NCBI GenBank assembly: GCA_041651455.1
Contig: JBAZJG010000005.1
Location: 67,882-131,881, forward strand
Source of the DNA: Candidatus Omnitrophota bacterium
GTDB taxonomy: Bacteria > Omnitrophota > Gorgyraeia > Pluralincolimonadales > Pluralincolimonadaceae
DNA: 64,000 nt
Reading direction: 5' to 3'
Positions 30,153 to 39,626 of this stretch are shown piece after piece. Numbering within the stretch: position 1 is the stretch's first letter; the number at the start of each line of letters is the position of its first letter. The translations under genes were made by a program, and so were the position numbers. The notes under the pieces were generated by a model. The model was not told the DNA's origin and did not search any database. It saw only the letters and a list, made by a program, of their open reading frames with translations.

Positions 30153-31801
30153 TGCCAGCCGTCAGGCTTGATGACGGCATGCTGCTCGGCGTCGGCAAAC
30201 CCGCCCGTTATACGGGCGGGGAGTGGAACAGCATCACAAAGCTTGGTTTGCCCGGCGTAGCATGCAGGGTCGCGCTCTGTTTTCCCGACACTTACGAGGT
30301 GGGCATGAGCCACCTCGGGCTCAAGATATTATACTCGCTGCTGAACGACCGCTCCGACGTCGCGTGCGAACGCGCGTTCGCGCCCTGGCATGACATGGAA
30401 AAAATGATGAGGGAGAACGGCCTGCCGCTCTTCTCGCTCGAGACGAGGTCGCCCCTGAAAGAATTTGATATCGTAGGTTTTTCCCTCCAGTACGAATTGT
30501 CATACACGAATATCCTGAATATGCTCGACCTTGCGGGCATCCCGCTATTCGGAAGGGACCGCGGCGCGGGCGACCCAATTATAATAGGCGGAGGGCCCTG
30601 CGCGTTCAACCCTGAGCCGATAGCGGATTTCTTCGATTGTTTCCTTGTCGGCGAGGGAGAGGAGGCCGTCCCTGAGATAGTCGACGCGGTCATCGCCGGG
30701 AAAAGGTCCGGGCTTGCGAGGCGGCAAATGCTGGAAAAGCTCGCTTCGATCGAAGGCGTATATGTGCCCGACATTCCGGGCAGGGTGAAGAAACGTATTG
30801 TTGCCGACCTCGACAACGCCTATTTTCCCGTCAGGCCCGTAGTGCCTTTTATTGAGACGGTCCATGACAGGATACAGGTGGAGGTGATGCGCGGGTGCAG
30901 GAGGGCGTGCAACTTCTGCCAGGCGTGCGCGATATACGGGCCGAACCGCATCCGTTCGAAGGAAAAGATAATCGCGCTCGCGGAGGAGACCTACAGGAAC
31001 ACGGGATATGACGAGGTATCGCTCGTATCGCTGTCGTCCGGCGACCATCCCGATATAATGGACATCATAACCTCGCTCTCCGCAGCGTTCAGGGACAGGG
31101 CTGTCAGCATATCGTTCCCGTCGCTCAGGGTCGAGGAGATGACAAGCCGTTTTCCGCTCGAACTGGCTTCGGGCCGGCACACCGGGCTTACGTTCGCTCC
31201 CGAAGTCGGCAGCGAGAAGCTAAGGAAGGTCATAAACAAGAACATACCGGTCGAAGCCCTTAAGGAGTGCGCTTACCAGGCCTTCAAAAATAAGTGGATG
31301 AGGGTGAAGCTCTACTTCATGATAGGCCTGCCGCAGGAGGATGATTCCGACCTCGATGCCATCGTGGATCTCGCAAGGTCGATATCCGAGGTAAGGAAGA
31401 AAGTGGACGGGAAGCTCGCGGATATCAACGCGTCGGTATCTATATTCGTCCCGAAACCCCACACGCGGTTTGAAAGGGAGCCTATGATACGTTTCGAAGA
31501 GGCGCTGAGGAAACAGCGGTATATCAGGGACAAGGCGAGGGGGACCCGCATTAAATTCAGCTTCCATGACGCCGAAATGAGCTATATAGAAGCGGTCTTC
31601 GCCAGGGGGGACAGGGCCCTTTCGAAAGCGGTATATTCCGCATGGCAAAAAGGAGCGAAATTCGACAGCTGGGGGGAGCATTTTGACTTCCGGAGATGGA
31701 TGGACGCGTTCCGCGAAGCGTCAATAGACGCCGATGCTTATTCATTGAGGCAAAGGGGTTTAGAAGAAAACCTGCCCTGGCAATTCATCGGATTGCGATA
31801 A
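30152..31801 (+). CDS. B12-binding-domain radical SAM protein (TIGR03960-like). The internal ATG overlapping the rodA stop is used; the 29633 start in the ORF track is an artefactual extension across rodA.
   Basis: A B12-binding-like N-terminal region and a CxxxCxxC cluster (GCRRACNFCQ), ~549 aa. This family normally sits next to a DUF2344 gene and rng. Confidence 0.8.
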   Translation: MPAVRLDDGMLLGVGKPARYTGGEWNSITKLGLPGVACRVALCFPDTYEVGMSHLGLKILYSLLNDRSDVACERAFAPWHDMEKMMRENGLPLFSLETRSPLKEFDIVGFSLQYELSYTNILNMLDLAGIPLFGRDRGAGDPIIIGGGPCAFNPEPIADFFDCFLVGEGEEAVPEIVDAVIAGKRSGLARRQMLEKLASIEGVYVPDIPGRVKKRIVADLDNAYFPVRPVVPFIETVHDRIQVEVMRGCRRACNFCQACAIYGPNRIRSKEKIIALAEETYRNTGYDEVSLVSLSSGDHPDIMDIITSLSAAFRDRAVSISFPSLRVEEMTSRFPLELASGRHTGLTFAPEVGSEKLRKVINKNIPVEALKECAYQAFKNKWMRVKLYFMIGLPQEDDSDLDAIVDLARSISEVRKKVDGKLADINASVSIFVPKPHTRFEREPMIRFEEALRKQRYIRDKARGTRIKFSFHDAEMSYIEAVFARGDRALSKAVYSAWQKGAKFDSWGEHFDFRRWMDAFREASIDADAYSLRQRGLEENLPWQFIGLR

Positions 31802-31807
31802 ATATGT

Positions 31808-31836
31808 TTGACACTTAAATACGTTAAGAGTATACT
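31808..31836 (+). promoter_or_regulatory. Near-consensus sigma70 promoter (TTGACA-N17-TATACT) for the GGDEF / type IV pilus operon
   Basis: TTGACA at 31808-13, a 17-nt spacer and TATACT at 31831-36, in the only sizeable intergenic gap after the radical SAM gene. Confidence 0.6.
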
Positions 31837-31867
31837 TTTGAGTTAATCCTTTGGATTAACTCAAAAG
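31835..31867 (+). promoter_or_regulatory. Perfect 15-bp inverted repeat (cttttgagttaatcc-ttt-ggattaactcaaaag) overlapping the -10 and start site of the pilus operon promoter; a candidate operator or 5' leader hairpin
   Basis: 15/15 complementary arms separated by 3 nt, with an AT-rich core. Positioned exactly at the predicted transcription start. Confidence 0.5.
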
Positions 31868-31877
31868 TAGAAGGGAG

Positions 31878-33350
31878 ATGAGAAAGATGGCAGGGTTTAT
31901 AAAGAAACTATCTCTGGTTCCCGCAGGCCTCCGCTACAAACTTACCGTCGCGTTCGTGCTCATGTCGCTTATACCGCTCGCAATATGCGTGTATCTCTTC
32001 TTCAATTACATCCTGCCGTTCCTGAACCTGATCGGCGACCCTACCGTGCGCAATGTGCTCGGAAACCCTAACGCCGCCCTGAAAGATGTCTCGATGGTCC
32101 TTGTCATCACGATAATCATCGCGCTCCTCGGTTTCAAGATCATAAAGGATATAGTATCGCCGATCATCGATATGGCGATAAAGGCAAAGGACATAGCGAA
32201 GGGCGATTTCTCCTCGAATATAAACGTAAAGAGCGAGGACGAGATAGGCGAACTTGGTTCCACGCTCAATGTCCTTACGCGCCGCATACGCGAGAACATG
32301 GACGAGCTCAGGTCGTACGGTGAGAGGACGAAGGAGATAAACGTCGAGATAAGCAAGAAGGTCCTTGTGCTATCGAGCCTGCTGCAGGTCAGCAGCCTCA
32401 TAACGCAGGGTTCCCCTCTCGACGATACGATAAAGATAATAATAGACAAGATAGCCCAGCTTTCCGACGATTCGTCGGTCTTCCTGATGCTCAGCGAAGG
32501 GAAGGACACGCTTGCCGTGAAAGCGAGCAACAACCTCAAGGAAGACCTCTCCTCATTCAAGCTCAAGAGGGGCGTCGGTTTCCTCGGAAAACTCATGGCG
32601 GAGAACAAGACCGCGGTGATAGACAGGCGCTCCAAGTCCTCTCCGGACATGGAAGAGTTCCTTAAGGTGTTCGGTTTCAGGAACTGCGTGCTGTTCCCGG
32701 TCTTCGCGCACGGCATAGGTTTCGGGCTCCTCGGTTACGGCAATCCCGCGACGGATTTTGAATATAAGGACGACGATATAGAGCTCATCAAGCTGTTCGC
32801 GAAACAGATAGCGATCGCGGTCGAGAACGAGCTGCTGACGAACAAGGCGAAGGAACTCGCGATAAAAGACGAGCTTACCGGACTCTATAACGAAAAGTTC
32901 ATCGTCAACCGGCTCGAGGAGGAGATAAGGCGCGCGGTACTGTACCAGCGCCCGTGCTCGCTGCTGCTATTCAATATCGACGACCTGAACCTCTACAGGG
33001 ACATAAACGGAGAGCTCGCGTCCGAAGAGACGATAAAGAAGATCGGAAAGGTCATAGAGTCCAATATCACGGAAGTCGACAGGGTCGGAAGGCTCTCCGG
33101 CGACACGTTCGCGGTGATACTCCCGGAGAAGAACAAGAAACAGGCCAACACGATAGCCGAGGCCCTGCGCCAGCGCGTGGAAGCGTTCGGCATAGCGGGC
33201 GGCTCCGGTTATCCGAGGAATTTTGTCACCGTCAGCGGCGGCGTAAGCGAGAATCCTATAGACGGCGTCACGGCAGAAGAGCTGTCCAAGAAGGCGCAGG
33301 CATCATTAGACGAGGCGAAATCGCGCGGCAAGAATCTGGTCATCTCATAA
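31878..33350 (+). CDS. Membrane HAMP-GAF-GGDEF-domain protein with a degenerate GGDEF active site (likely a catalytically inactive diguanylate cyclase or sensor)
   Basis: Two N-terminal TM segments, a HAMP region, a GAF-like middle region, and a C-terminal GGDEF fold (DELTGLYNEKF...). The signature is RLSGDTF instead of RxGG(D/E)EF, and the GHxxGD region is lost. Confidence 0.75.
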   Translation: MRKMAGFIKKLSLVPAGLRYKLTVAFVLMSLIPLAICVYLFFNYILPFLNLIGDPTVRNVLGNPNAALKDVSMVLVITIIIALLGFKIIKDIVSPIIDMAIKAKDIAKGDFSSNINVKSEDEIGELGSTLNVLTRRIRENMDELRSYGERTKEINVEISKKVLVLSSLLQVSSLITQGSPLDDTIKIIIDKIAQLSDDSSVFLMLSEGKDTLAVKASNNLKEDLSSFKLKRGVGFLGKLMAENKTAVIDRRSKSSPDMEEFLKVFGFRNCVLFPVFAHGIGFGLLGYGNPATDFEYKDDDIELIKLFAKQIAIAVENELLTNKAKELAIKDELTGLYNEKFIVNRLEEEIRRAVLYQRPCSLLLFNIDDLNLYRDINGELASEETIKKIGKVIESNITEVDRVGRLSGDTFAVILPEKNKKQANTIAEALRQRVEAFGIAGGSGYPRNFVTVSGGVSENPIDGVTAEELSKKAQASLDEAKSRGKNLVIS

Positions 33351-33364
33351 TTTAAGGAGGCCCG

Positions 33365-34432
33365 ATGGTTAACGTCCAGATAGAGACATTACTGAAACTG
33401 ATGGTCCAGAAGGGAGCATCGGACCTTCATATATCCTATTCCTCGCCGCCCCAGTTAAGGATAGACGAGAAGCTCGTGCCCACGGAGTTCGCGGCCCTCG
33501 CCGCGGAGGACACGAAGAGGCTTGCCTACAGCATGTTGAAACCGCAGCAGATAGAGAAGTTTGAGCGCGAACTCGAGCTCGACGTCTCTTTCGGTATCGA
33601 GGGCCTCGGGCGCTTCAGGGTCAACGTCTTCGTGCAGAGGGGATATGTCGGGGCGGCGGTCAGGCTGCTGCCGCTGCATATAATGAGCTTCGAGGAGTGC
33701 GGCCTGCCGTTGAGCGTCGCGGAAGACCTCTGCAAGAGGCCGAAGGGCCTTGTGCTCGTGACGGGAGCCACCGGAAGCGGCAAGTCGACGACGCTCGCAT
33801 CGATGGTCGACAAGATCAACTCCGAGAGGAACTGCCATATAGTCATCATCGAAGACCCCATCGAATATGTGCATAAGAACAAGAAGGCTCTCGTCGACCA
33901 GCGCGAGGTCGGCAGTGACACGCAATCCTTCGCGCAGTCATTGAAGCATGTCCTGAGGCAGGACCCGAACGTAATACTCATAGGTGAGATGCGCGACCTC
34001 GAGACGATTGAAGCCGCGCTTGATATAGCCGAGACCGGGCATCTCGTATTCTCGACGCTGCATACGTCGGATGCCGTACAGACGATAAACAGGGTCATCG
34101 ATGTCTTCCCGGCCCACCAGCAGCAGCAGGTCAGGGTCCAGCTTTCGTTCGTGTTGCTCGGCATAATGGCGCAGCAGCTGATCCCGAAGGCGAGCGGCCA
34201 CGGAAGGGTCCTCGCGACGGAGGTGCTCATAGCGACGCCGGCGGTAAGGAGCCTCGTACGCGAGGCGAAGACGCACCAGCTCTATTCCGTCATACAGACG
34301 AGCCAGAAGGAAGGCATGAGGACGATGAACCAGACGCTGTTCGAGCTCTACTCGAAGAAGATGATATCCTACGAGGACGCGATATTGCGCAGCACTGATC
34401 CGGACGACCTTGACAGGCTTTTCAGGAAATAG
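33365..34432 (+). CDS. pilT: Type IV pilus retraction ATPase PilT
   Basis: 355 aa. Walker A GATGSGKST, an Asp box, a His box, and a PilT-specific C-terminal AIRNLIRE-like region (AVRSLVREAK). Confidence 0.9.
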   Translation: MVNVQIETLLKLMVQKGASDLHISYSSPPQLRIDEKLVPTEFAALAAEDTKRLAYSMLKPQQIEKFERELELDVSFGIEGLGRFRVNVFVQRGYVGAAVRLLPLHIMSFEECGLPLSVAEDLCKRPKGLVLVTGATGSGKSTTLASMVDKINSERNCHIVIIEDPIEYVHKNKKALVDQREVGSDTQSFAQSLKHVLRQDPNVILIGEMRDLETIEAALDIAETGHLVFSTLHTSDAVQTINRVIDVFPAHQQQQVRVQLSFVLLGIMAQQLIPKASGHGRVLATEVLIATPAVRSLVREAKTHQLYSVIQTSQKEGMRTMNQTLFELYSKKMISYEDAILRSTDPDDLDRLFRK

Positions 34433-34438
34433 GGGAAA

Positions 34439-34885
34439 ATGGCTTCAGCCAGACGTGTTATAACGAAGACTATAGGACAGTTGCTCCTGGAGAAGGGAGT
34501 CATAAAGCAAGCCCAGCTGGACGAGGCGCTTAAGGTCCAGAAGGAAAAGGGCGGGCTCCTGGGCCAGATCCTGGCCGGGCTCGGTTATGTAACAGAGGAG
34601 CAGATCGCGCAGGCGATAACGGTCCAGTACGGTTTCCCGTACCTGCCGTTGTCTAATTACGATATGGACGAAGCGGCGATAAAGATGGTGCCCGAGAACG
34701 TCGCGCGCCAGTATTGCCTTATACCGATAGACAAGATAGGCAATACCGTGACGATAGCGATGGCCGATCCGCTGAATACCCAGGCGATAGAGGACATAGA
34801 GCTCGTCACTAACTGCTCGATCCAGATATTCGTTTCCACCGCGACGGACATAAAGCAGTGCGTGGATAAGTTTTACAAAAAATAG
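34439..34885 (+). CDS. Standalone T2SS/T4P ATPase N-terminal (GspE_N / MshEN-like) domain protein with no ATPase domain
   Basis: 148 aa matching only the N1 domain of GspE/PilB. It carries a tandem LGQLLLEKGVIKQAQLDEAL... / LGQILAGLGYVTEEQIAQAI motif pair resembling the c-di-GMP-binding MshEN motif. Confidence 0.75.
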   Translation: MASARRVITKTIGQLLLEKGVIKQAQLDEALKVQKEKGGLLGQILAGLGYVTEEQIAQAITVQYGFPYLPLSNYDMDEAAIKMVPENVARQYCLIPIDKIGNTVTIAMADPLNTQAIEDIELVTNCSIQIFVSTATDIKQCVDKFYKK

Positions 34886-34901
34886 GAGAGCCTGACAGCT
34901 T

Positions 34902-36611
34902 ATGCCATCGGGAATAAAAGAACGGCTAAGCGAGATACTCATAAAGAAGGGCATCATTTCGGAGGAGAAGCTTAATCAGGCCCTACAGGTCCAGAAGGAA
35001 AAGGGCGGTTCGTTGGGTGACATCCTCGTCTCCAACGGGGTCATCGGCCAAAGGGACCTGCTTGCCATACTGAGCCAGGAACTCGGCATCCCGCCGATCT
35101 CACTTTCAAAATACAAGATAAATCCCGAGATATCGAAGTTCATCCCCAAGAAGATCGCGGTAAACTACCAGATAATGCCCGTCTCAAGGATGGGTAACGT
35201 CCTGACCGTCGCGATGTCCGATCCGTTGAATGTCTTTGCCCTCGACGACATAAAGAACGTGACCGGGATGGAGATAAGCCCCATAATTACCACGGCCGAT
35301 GACGTTAAGGCCGCCATCGAGCAGAATTACGGCAGTGCCGCCAACACCGCGATAGAGGACCTCGTCAAAGAGACGAATATCGAGCTCATCTCGATGAAGA
35401 AGGATGACGACGGCTCGTCCTATGACCTTCAGGAAGCGGCCATCGATACGCCTGTGGTGAAGCTGACGGGCGCTATAGTCCTCGACGCGACAAAAGCCAG
35501 GGCGAGCGATATCCTCATAGAGCCGATGGAGGACAGGCTGCGCATCAGGTATAAGATAGACGGCATATTCAGCGAAGCGCAGTCCCTGCCGCGTACGATA
35601 CAATCCGCCATGATATCCAGGATAAAGGTCATGTCGAACCTGAATATAGCCGAGAGGCGCCTGCCGCAGGACGGAAGGTTCAAGATAAGGGTGCAGGAGA
35701 GGGAGGTCGATTTCAGGGTATCGACGGTCCCGACGGCGTTCGGAGAGAAGGTCGCGCTTAGGATCCTCGATAAGTCGCAGGCGACGCTCGACGTCGACAA
35801 ACTTGGTTTTGAGAAGGAGCCGCTTGACGAGCTCAAGAAAGCGTCAAAGCGCCCGCACGGGATGATCCTCGTATGCGGGCCGGCGGGTTCCGGGAAGACG
35901 ACCACGCTGTATTCCGTGATCAAGCACATCGACGCGCCGGAGAAGAATTTCGTCACCGTTGAAGACCCGGTCGAATACCTGCTTCCGGGCATCAACCAGG
36001 TAAACATAAACACGAACATAGGCCTGACATACGCCGCGTGCCTGCGGTCGATACTGCGCCAGGACCCGAACGTCATAATGGTCGGCGAGATAAGGGACCT
36101 CGAGACAGTCGATATCGCAATAAAGGCCGCGCTGACGGGCCACCTCGTATTGAGCACCCTGCATACCAATACCGCCACCGGCGTCATCATGAGGCTGGTA
36201 AACATGGGTGTCGAGCCGTTCCTCATAAGCTCGTCGGTAGTCCTTGTCGCTGCGCAGAGGCTCGTCAGGAAAGTTTGCCCGCGCTGCAAGGAATCTTACG
36301 ACATACCGAAGCCGATACTCGATAAGCTCAAGATAAAACCGCCCGGAGGGGATGCCAAGTTCTACAGGGGCAAAGGGTGCGATTACTGCTTCAGGACGGG
36401 TTTCAGGGGCAGGGTAGGGCTCATAGAGGCGGTGGGCATCAACGCCGAGCTCAGGGACCTTATCGCGAAGAAAGCCCATGAGACGCAGATATACGAGGCC
36501 GCGCGCCGCGCGGGGCTCGTCACATTGAGGGAATCGGGCCTCAGGAAGGTGTTCGAGGGGCTGACCACGCTCGAAGAGGTGGTCAGGGTCACGCTGGGCG
36601 AACAGGACTGA
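34902..36611 (+). CDS. pilB: Type IV pilus assembly ATPase PilB/GspE family (paralogue 1)
   Basis: 569 aa. N-terminal GspE_N domain with an MshEN-like motif, Walker A GPAGSGKTTT, and a tetracysteine zinc motif (CPRCK...CDYC). Confidence 0.9.
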   Translation: MPSGIKERLSEILIKKGIISEEKLNQALQVQKEKGGSLGDILVSNGVIGQRDLLAILSQELGIPPISLSKYKINPEISKFIPKKIAVNYQIMPVSRMGNVLTVAMSDPLNVFALDDIKNVTGMEISPIITTADDVKAAIEQNYGSAANTAIEDLVKETNIELISMKKDDDGSSYDLQEAAIDTPVVKLTGAIVLDATKARASDILIEPMEDRLRIRYKIDGIFSEAQSLPRTIQSAMISRIKVMSNLNIAERRLPQDGRFKIRVQEREVDFRVSTVPTAFGEKVALRILDKSQATLDVDKLGFEKEPLDELKKASKRPHGMILVCGPAGSGKTTTLYSVIKHIDAPEKNFVTVEDPVEYLLPGINQVNINTNIGLTYAACLRSILRQDPNVIMVGEIRDLETVDIAIKAALTGHLVLSTLHTNTATGVIMRLVNMGVEPFLISSSVVLVAAQRLVRKVCPRCKESYDIPKPILDKLKIKPPGGDAKFYRGKGCDYCFRTGFRGRVGLIEAVGINAELRDLIAKKAHETQIYEAARRAGLVTLRESGLRKVFEGLTTLEEVVRVTLGEQD

Positions 36612-36615
36612 CGAT

Positions 36616-38328
36616 ATGGCAAAGACCCTAAGGGAGAAGATCGCGGAAGTGCTGGTAAGCAAAGGCTTCATCTCGAAAGAGAAGCTTGAAGAAGCCATAA
36701 GGGCGCAGCACGACAAGGGAGGCAACTTAAGCAAGATCCTTGTCGAGAAGGGCCTCGTCAACGAGAACGAGCTCCTGTCGGTCTTCAGCCAGGAATTCGG
36801 GATCACCCCGATAAACCTTTCGAAATATAAGATAGACAAGGAGATCATCTCGCTTGTTCCCGAGAAGGTCGCCCGCCTCTACCACCTCATACCCGTGTCG
36901 AAGATCGGCAGCCGCATGACCGTAGCGATGTCCGACCCGCTCGATATATTCGCGCTCGACGACCTTAAGATACTGACGAAATACGAGGTCGACCCCGTGC
37001 TAGCCACCGACAAGGACATAAAAGAGGCGATAGCGGCGTATTACGGAGAAGAGACCCTCTCGATAAACAAGATAATGCAGGAAGCCGGTTCCGAGGATGT
37101 GGAGGTGATGTCCGCGAACGAGGACGAGGAGAGGTTCGACGTCTCCGAGCTGGCCATCGAGAGCCAGAAAGCGCCGATACTTAAGATGGTAGACGTGATC
37201 GTAAGCGAAGCGCTGAAACGCAGGGCGTCCGACATACATATAGAGCCGCTCGAGAAGGACATGCGCATACGCTACAGGATAGACGGCGCGCTCAACGAGT
37301 TCCTGCACCTTCCGAAATCAAACCAGGCCGCTGTCCTGACGAGGGTCAAGATCATGTCCGACATGGATATCACGGAATGGCGGCTCCCGCAGGACGGCAG
37401 GTTCAAGGTAAGGATGGACGAACGCGAGATAGATTTCAGGGTATCGACCCTGCCGCTTGTCCACGGCGAGAAGGTCGTTTGCCGAGTCCTCGACAAGCAG
37501 AGCATCAAGGTTTCGCCGGAGAAGCTCGGTTTCCTTCCTAAGACCCTGGAAGAGCTTAGGGAAGCCATCTCGAAGCCATACGGGATGTTCCTCGTGACAG
37601 GGCCTACCGGAAGCGGAAAGTCGACGACATTGTATTCGATATTGAACATACTCAATACGCCCGAGAAGAACATAGTCACCATAGAGGACCCTATAGAATA
37701 CGAGCTTATGGGAATAACGCAGGTCCAGGTTAAGCCCGAGATAGGCCTGACCTTTGCCGGAGGCCTGCGCGCCTTCCTGCGCCAGGCGCCCGATATAGTC
37801 ATGGTTGGCGAGATCCGCGACTTCGAGACCGCGGATATAGCCATTAAGGCGTCCTTGACCGGGCAGCTGCTGCTTTCCACGCTGCACACGAATGATGCGC
37901 CCAGCGCGGTTACGAGGCTCATAGATATGGGCGTCGAGCCGTTCCTGGTCGCTTCCAGCGTCGTGTTCATATGCGCGCAAAGGCTCATGAGGCGCGTATG
38001 CTCCGCATGCAAGGAGCCGGTAGAGATACCGAAGGAGATCCTGAACAAGATCGGATACACCGAGAAGCAGAAGGCGACGTTCTTTAGGGGCAAGGGTTGC
38101 TCAAAATGCAATAACACCGGCTATTTCGGGAGGTTCGCTATCCTCGAGAACCTTGTAGTCGACGACAAGATAAAAGAAATGATACTTGACAGGGTGCAGA
38201 GCGATAAGATAAAAGAATATGCTATAAAGGAGAAGGGCATGCTTACGCTGAGGGCGGCGGCATTGGAGAACCTCGCGCTCGGGAATACAACGGCCGAGGA
38301 GGTATTGAGGGTGACTTCGGAGGAATAG
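36616..38328 (+). CDS. pilB: Type IV pilus assembly ATPase PilB/GspE family (paralogue 2, tandem to paralogue 1)
   Basis: 570 aa with the same architecture. Walker A GPTGSGKSTT and tetracysteine CSACK...CSKCNNTG. Clearly diverged from paralogue 1. Confidence 0.9.
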   Translation: MAKTLREKIAEVLVSKGFISKEKLEEAIRAQHDKGGNLSKILVEKGLVNENELLSVFSQEFGITPINLSKYKIDKEIISLVPEKVARLYHLIPVSKIGSRMTVAMSDPLDIFALDDLKILTKYEVDPVLATDKDIKEAIAAYYGEETLSINKIMQEAGSEDVEVMSANEDEERFDVSELAIESQKAPILKMVDVIVSEALKRRASDIHIEPLEKDMRIRYRIDGALNEFLHLPKSNQAAVLTRVKIMSDMDITEWRLPQDGRFKVRMDEREIDFRVSTLPLVHGEKVVCRVLDKQSIKVSPEKLGFLPKTLEELREAISKPYGMFLVTGPTGSGKSTTLYSILNILNTPEKNIVTIEDPIEYELMGITQVQVKPEIGLTFAGGLRAFLRQAPDIVMVGEIRDFETADIAIKASLTGQLLLSTLHTNDAPSAVTRLIDMGVEPFLVASSVVFICAQRLMRRVCSACKEPVEIPKEILNKIGYTEKQKATFFRGKGCSKCNNTGYFGRFAILENLVVDDKIKEMILDRVQSDKIKEYAIKEKGMLTLRAAALENLALGNTTAEEVLRVTSEE

Positions 38329-39540
38329 GTGCCAAATTTCAAGTATATAGCGAAAGACAAGGACGGCAAGACGGTCAACGGGGTCATGGATTCCGCGAAC
38401 AGCGTCGCGCTTGTCGACGCGTTGAGGCAGAAGGAACTCACGATAATCTCGATAGAGGAGGCGAAGGAGAAGAGCAGGGCCTCGATGTCGATCGGCGGAG
38501 ACAGGGCAAGCGCTGATGACCTCGTAATATTTTCGAGGCAGCTCGCTACGATGGTCGACGCCGGTATCCCTCTCGTAGGCGCTCTTGACGCGCTGCAGGA
38601 CCAGATGGAGAAGGAGGGATTTAAGAACATCGTCAGGAAGGTCAGGGACCAGGTAGAGGGCGGGTTGAGCCTGTCGGAGGCGCTAAGCAAGCAGCCGAAC
38701 GTATTCTCGCCTTTCTTTATCAACATGGTCAGGGCGGGCGAATCGAGCGGCGACCTCGATGAGATCCTCGACAGGGTCGCTATATACATGGAGAAGACGA
38801 TAGCCCTGATCAGGAAAGTGAAATCGAGCCTCATATACCCGGCCGTCGTCATAATGATGGCCATCGCGATAACCACGTTCCTGATAGTCTTCGTGGTCCC
38901 GACGTTCAAGAGCATATTCGCCACGATAGGCGTGGAGCTGCCTTTGCCGACATTGATACTTATCGCGATATCCGACATCATGAGGAAATGGATATTGCTG
39001 GTGATCATAGCGCTTGCGGTCTTAATATTCGCTTTGTCTCGCATAATAAAGACCGATAGAGGCGCCCTCGTATGGGACAGCATGCTGCTGAAACTGCCGG
39101 TGCTGGGAGTGCTGCTGAGGAAGGTGGCGGTCGCGAGGTTCGCGAGGACGCTCTCGACTCTGCAGAAGAGCGGCGTATCCATCCTGACCGCGCTCGAGAT
39201 AGTCGGCAAGACGTCGGGCAATAAGGTCATCGAGATGGCCGTCATACAGACCAAACTTAGCATCAAGGAAGGCGAGTCGATAGCGCAACCGCTCGGTGCA
39301 AGCAAGGTCTTCCCGCCGATGGTCACGAGGATGATATCGGTAGGCGAGCAGACCGGCAAGCTCGAGGAGATGCTCAGCAAGATAGCGGATTTCTACGAGA
39401 GCGAGGTCGACGCCGCCGTTTCGGGCCTGACGAGCCTCATAGAACCGCTTATAATAGCGTTCCTCGGGATCGTCGTAGGCGGGATCGTCATATCGATGTT
39501 CCTGCCGATAGTGAAGCTTATACAGGTCGTCGCGAAATAG
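38329..39540 (+). CDS. pilC: Type IV pilus inner-membrane platform protein PilC/GspF (GTG start)
   Basis: 403 aa with two GspF repeats and three TM segments. Confidence 0.9.
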   Translation: MPNFKYIAKDKDGKTVNGVMDSANSVALVDALRQKELTIISIEEAKEKSRASMSIGGDRASADDLVIFSRQLATMVDAGIPLVGALDALQDQMEKEGFKNIVRKVRDQVEGGLSLSEALSKQPNVFSPFFINMVRAGESSGDLDEILDRVAIYMEKTIALIRKVKSSLIYPAVVIMMAIAITTFLIVFVVPTFKSIFATIGVELPLPTLILIAISDIMRKWILLVIIALAVLIFALSRIIKTDRGALVWDSMLLKLPVLGVLLRKVAVARFARTLSTLQKSGVSILTALEIVGKTSGNKVIEMAVIQTKLSIKEGESIAQPLGASKVFPPMVTRMISVGEQTGKLEEMLSKIADFYESEVDAAVSGLTSLIEPLIIAFLGIVVGGIVISMFLPIVKLIQVVAK

Positions 39541-39545
39541 ATTGC

Positions 39546-39573
39546 TTGACACGAATAGCGGTTATGTTATACT
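39546..39573 (+). promoter_or_regulatory. Strong sigma70 promoter with extended -10 (TTGACA-N16-TGtTATACT) for the first pilin gene
   Basis: TTGACA at 39546-51 and TATACT at 39568-73 with TG at 39566-67. Followed by a ~50-nt leader and a strong RBS AAAGGAGGGGAAAG before the ATG at 39627. Confidence 0.65.
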
Positions 39574-39626
39574 CTAATTAGAAGATGATCTAAGTCCCAA
39601 TCAAGGAAGAAAGGAGGGGAAAGAAG

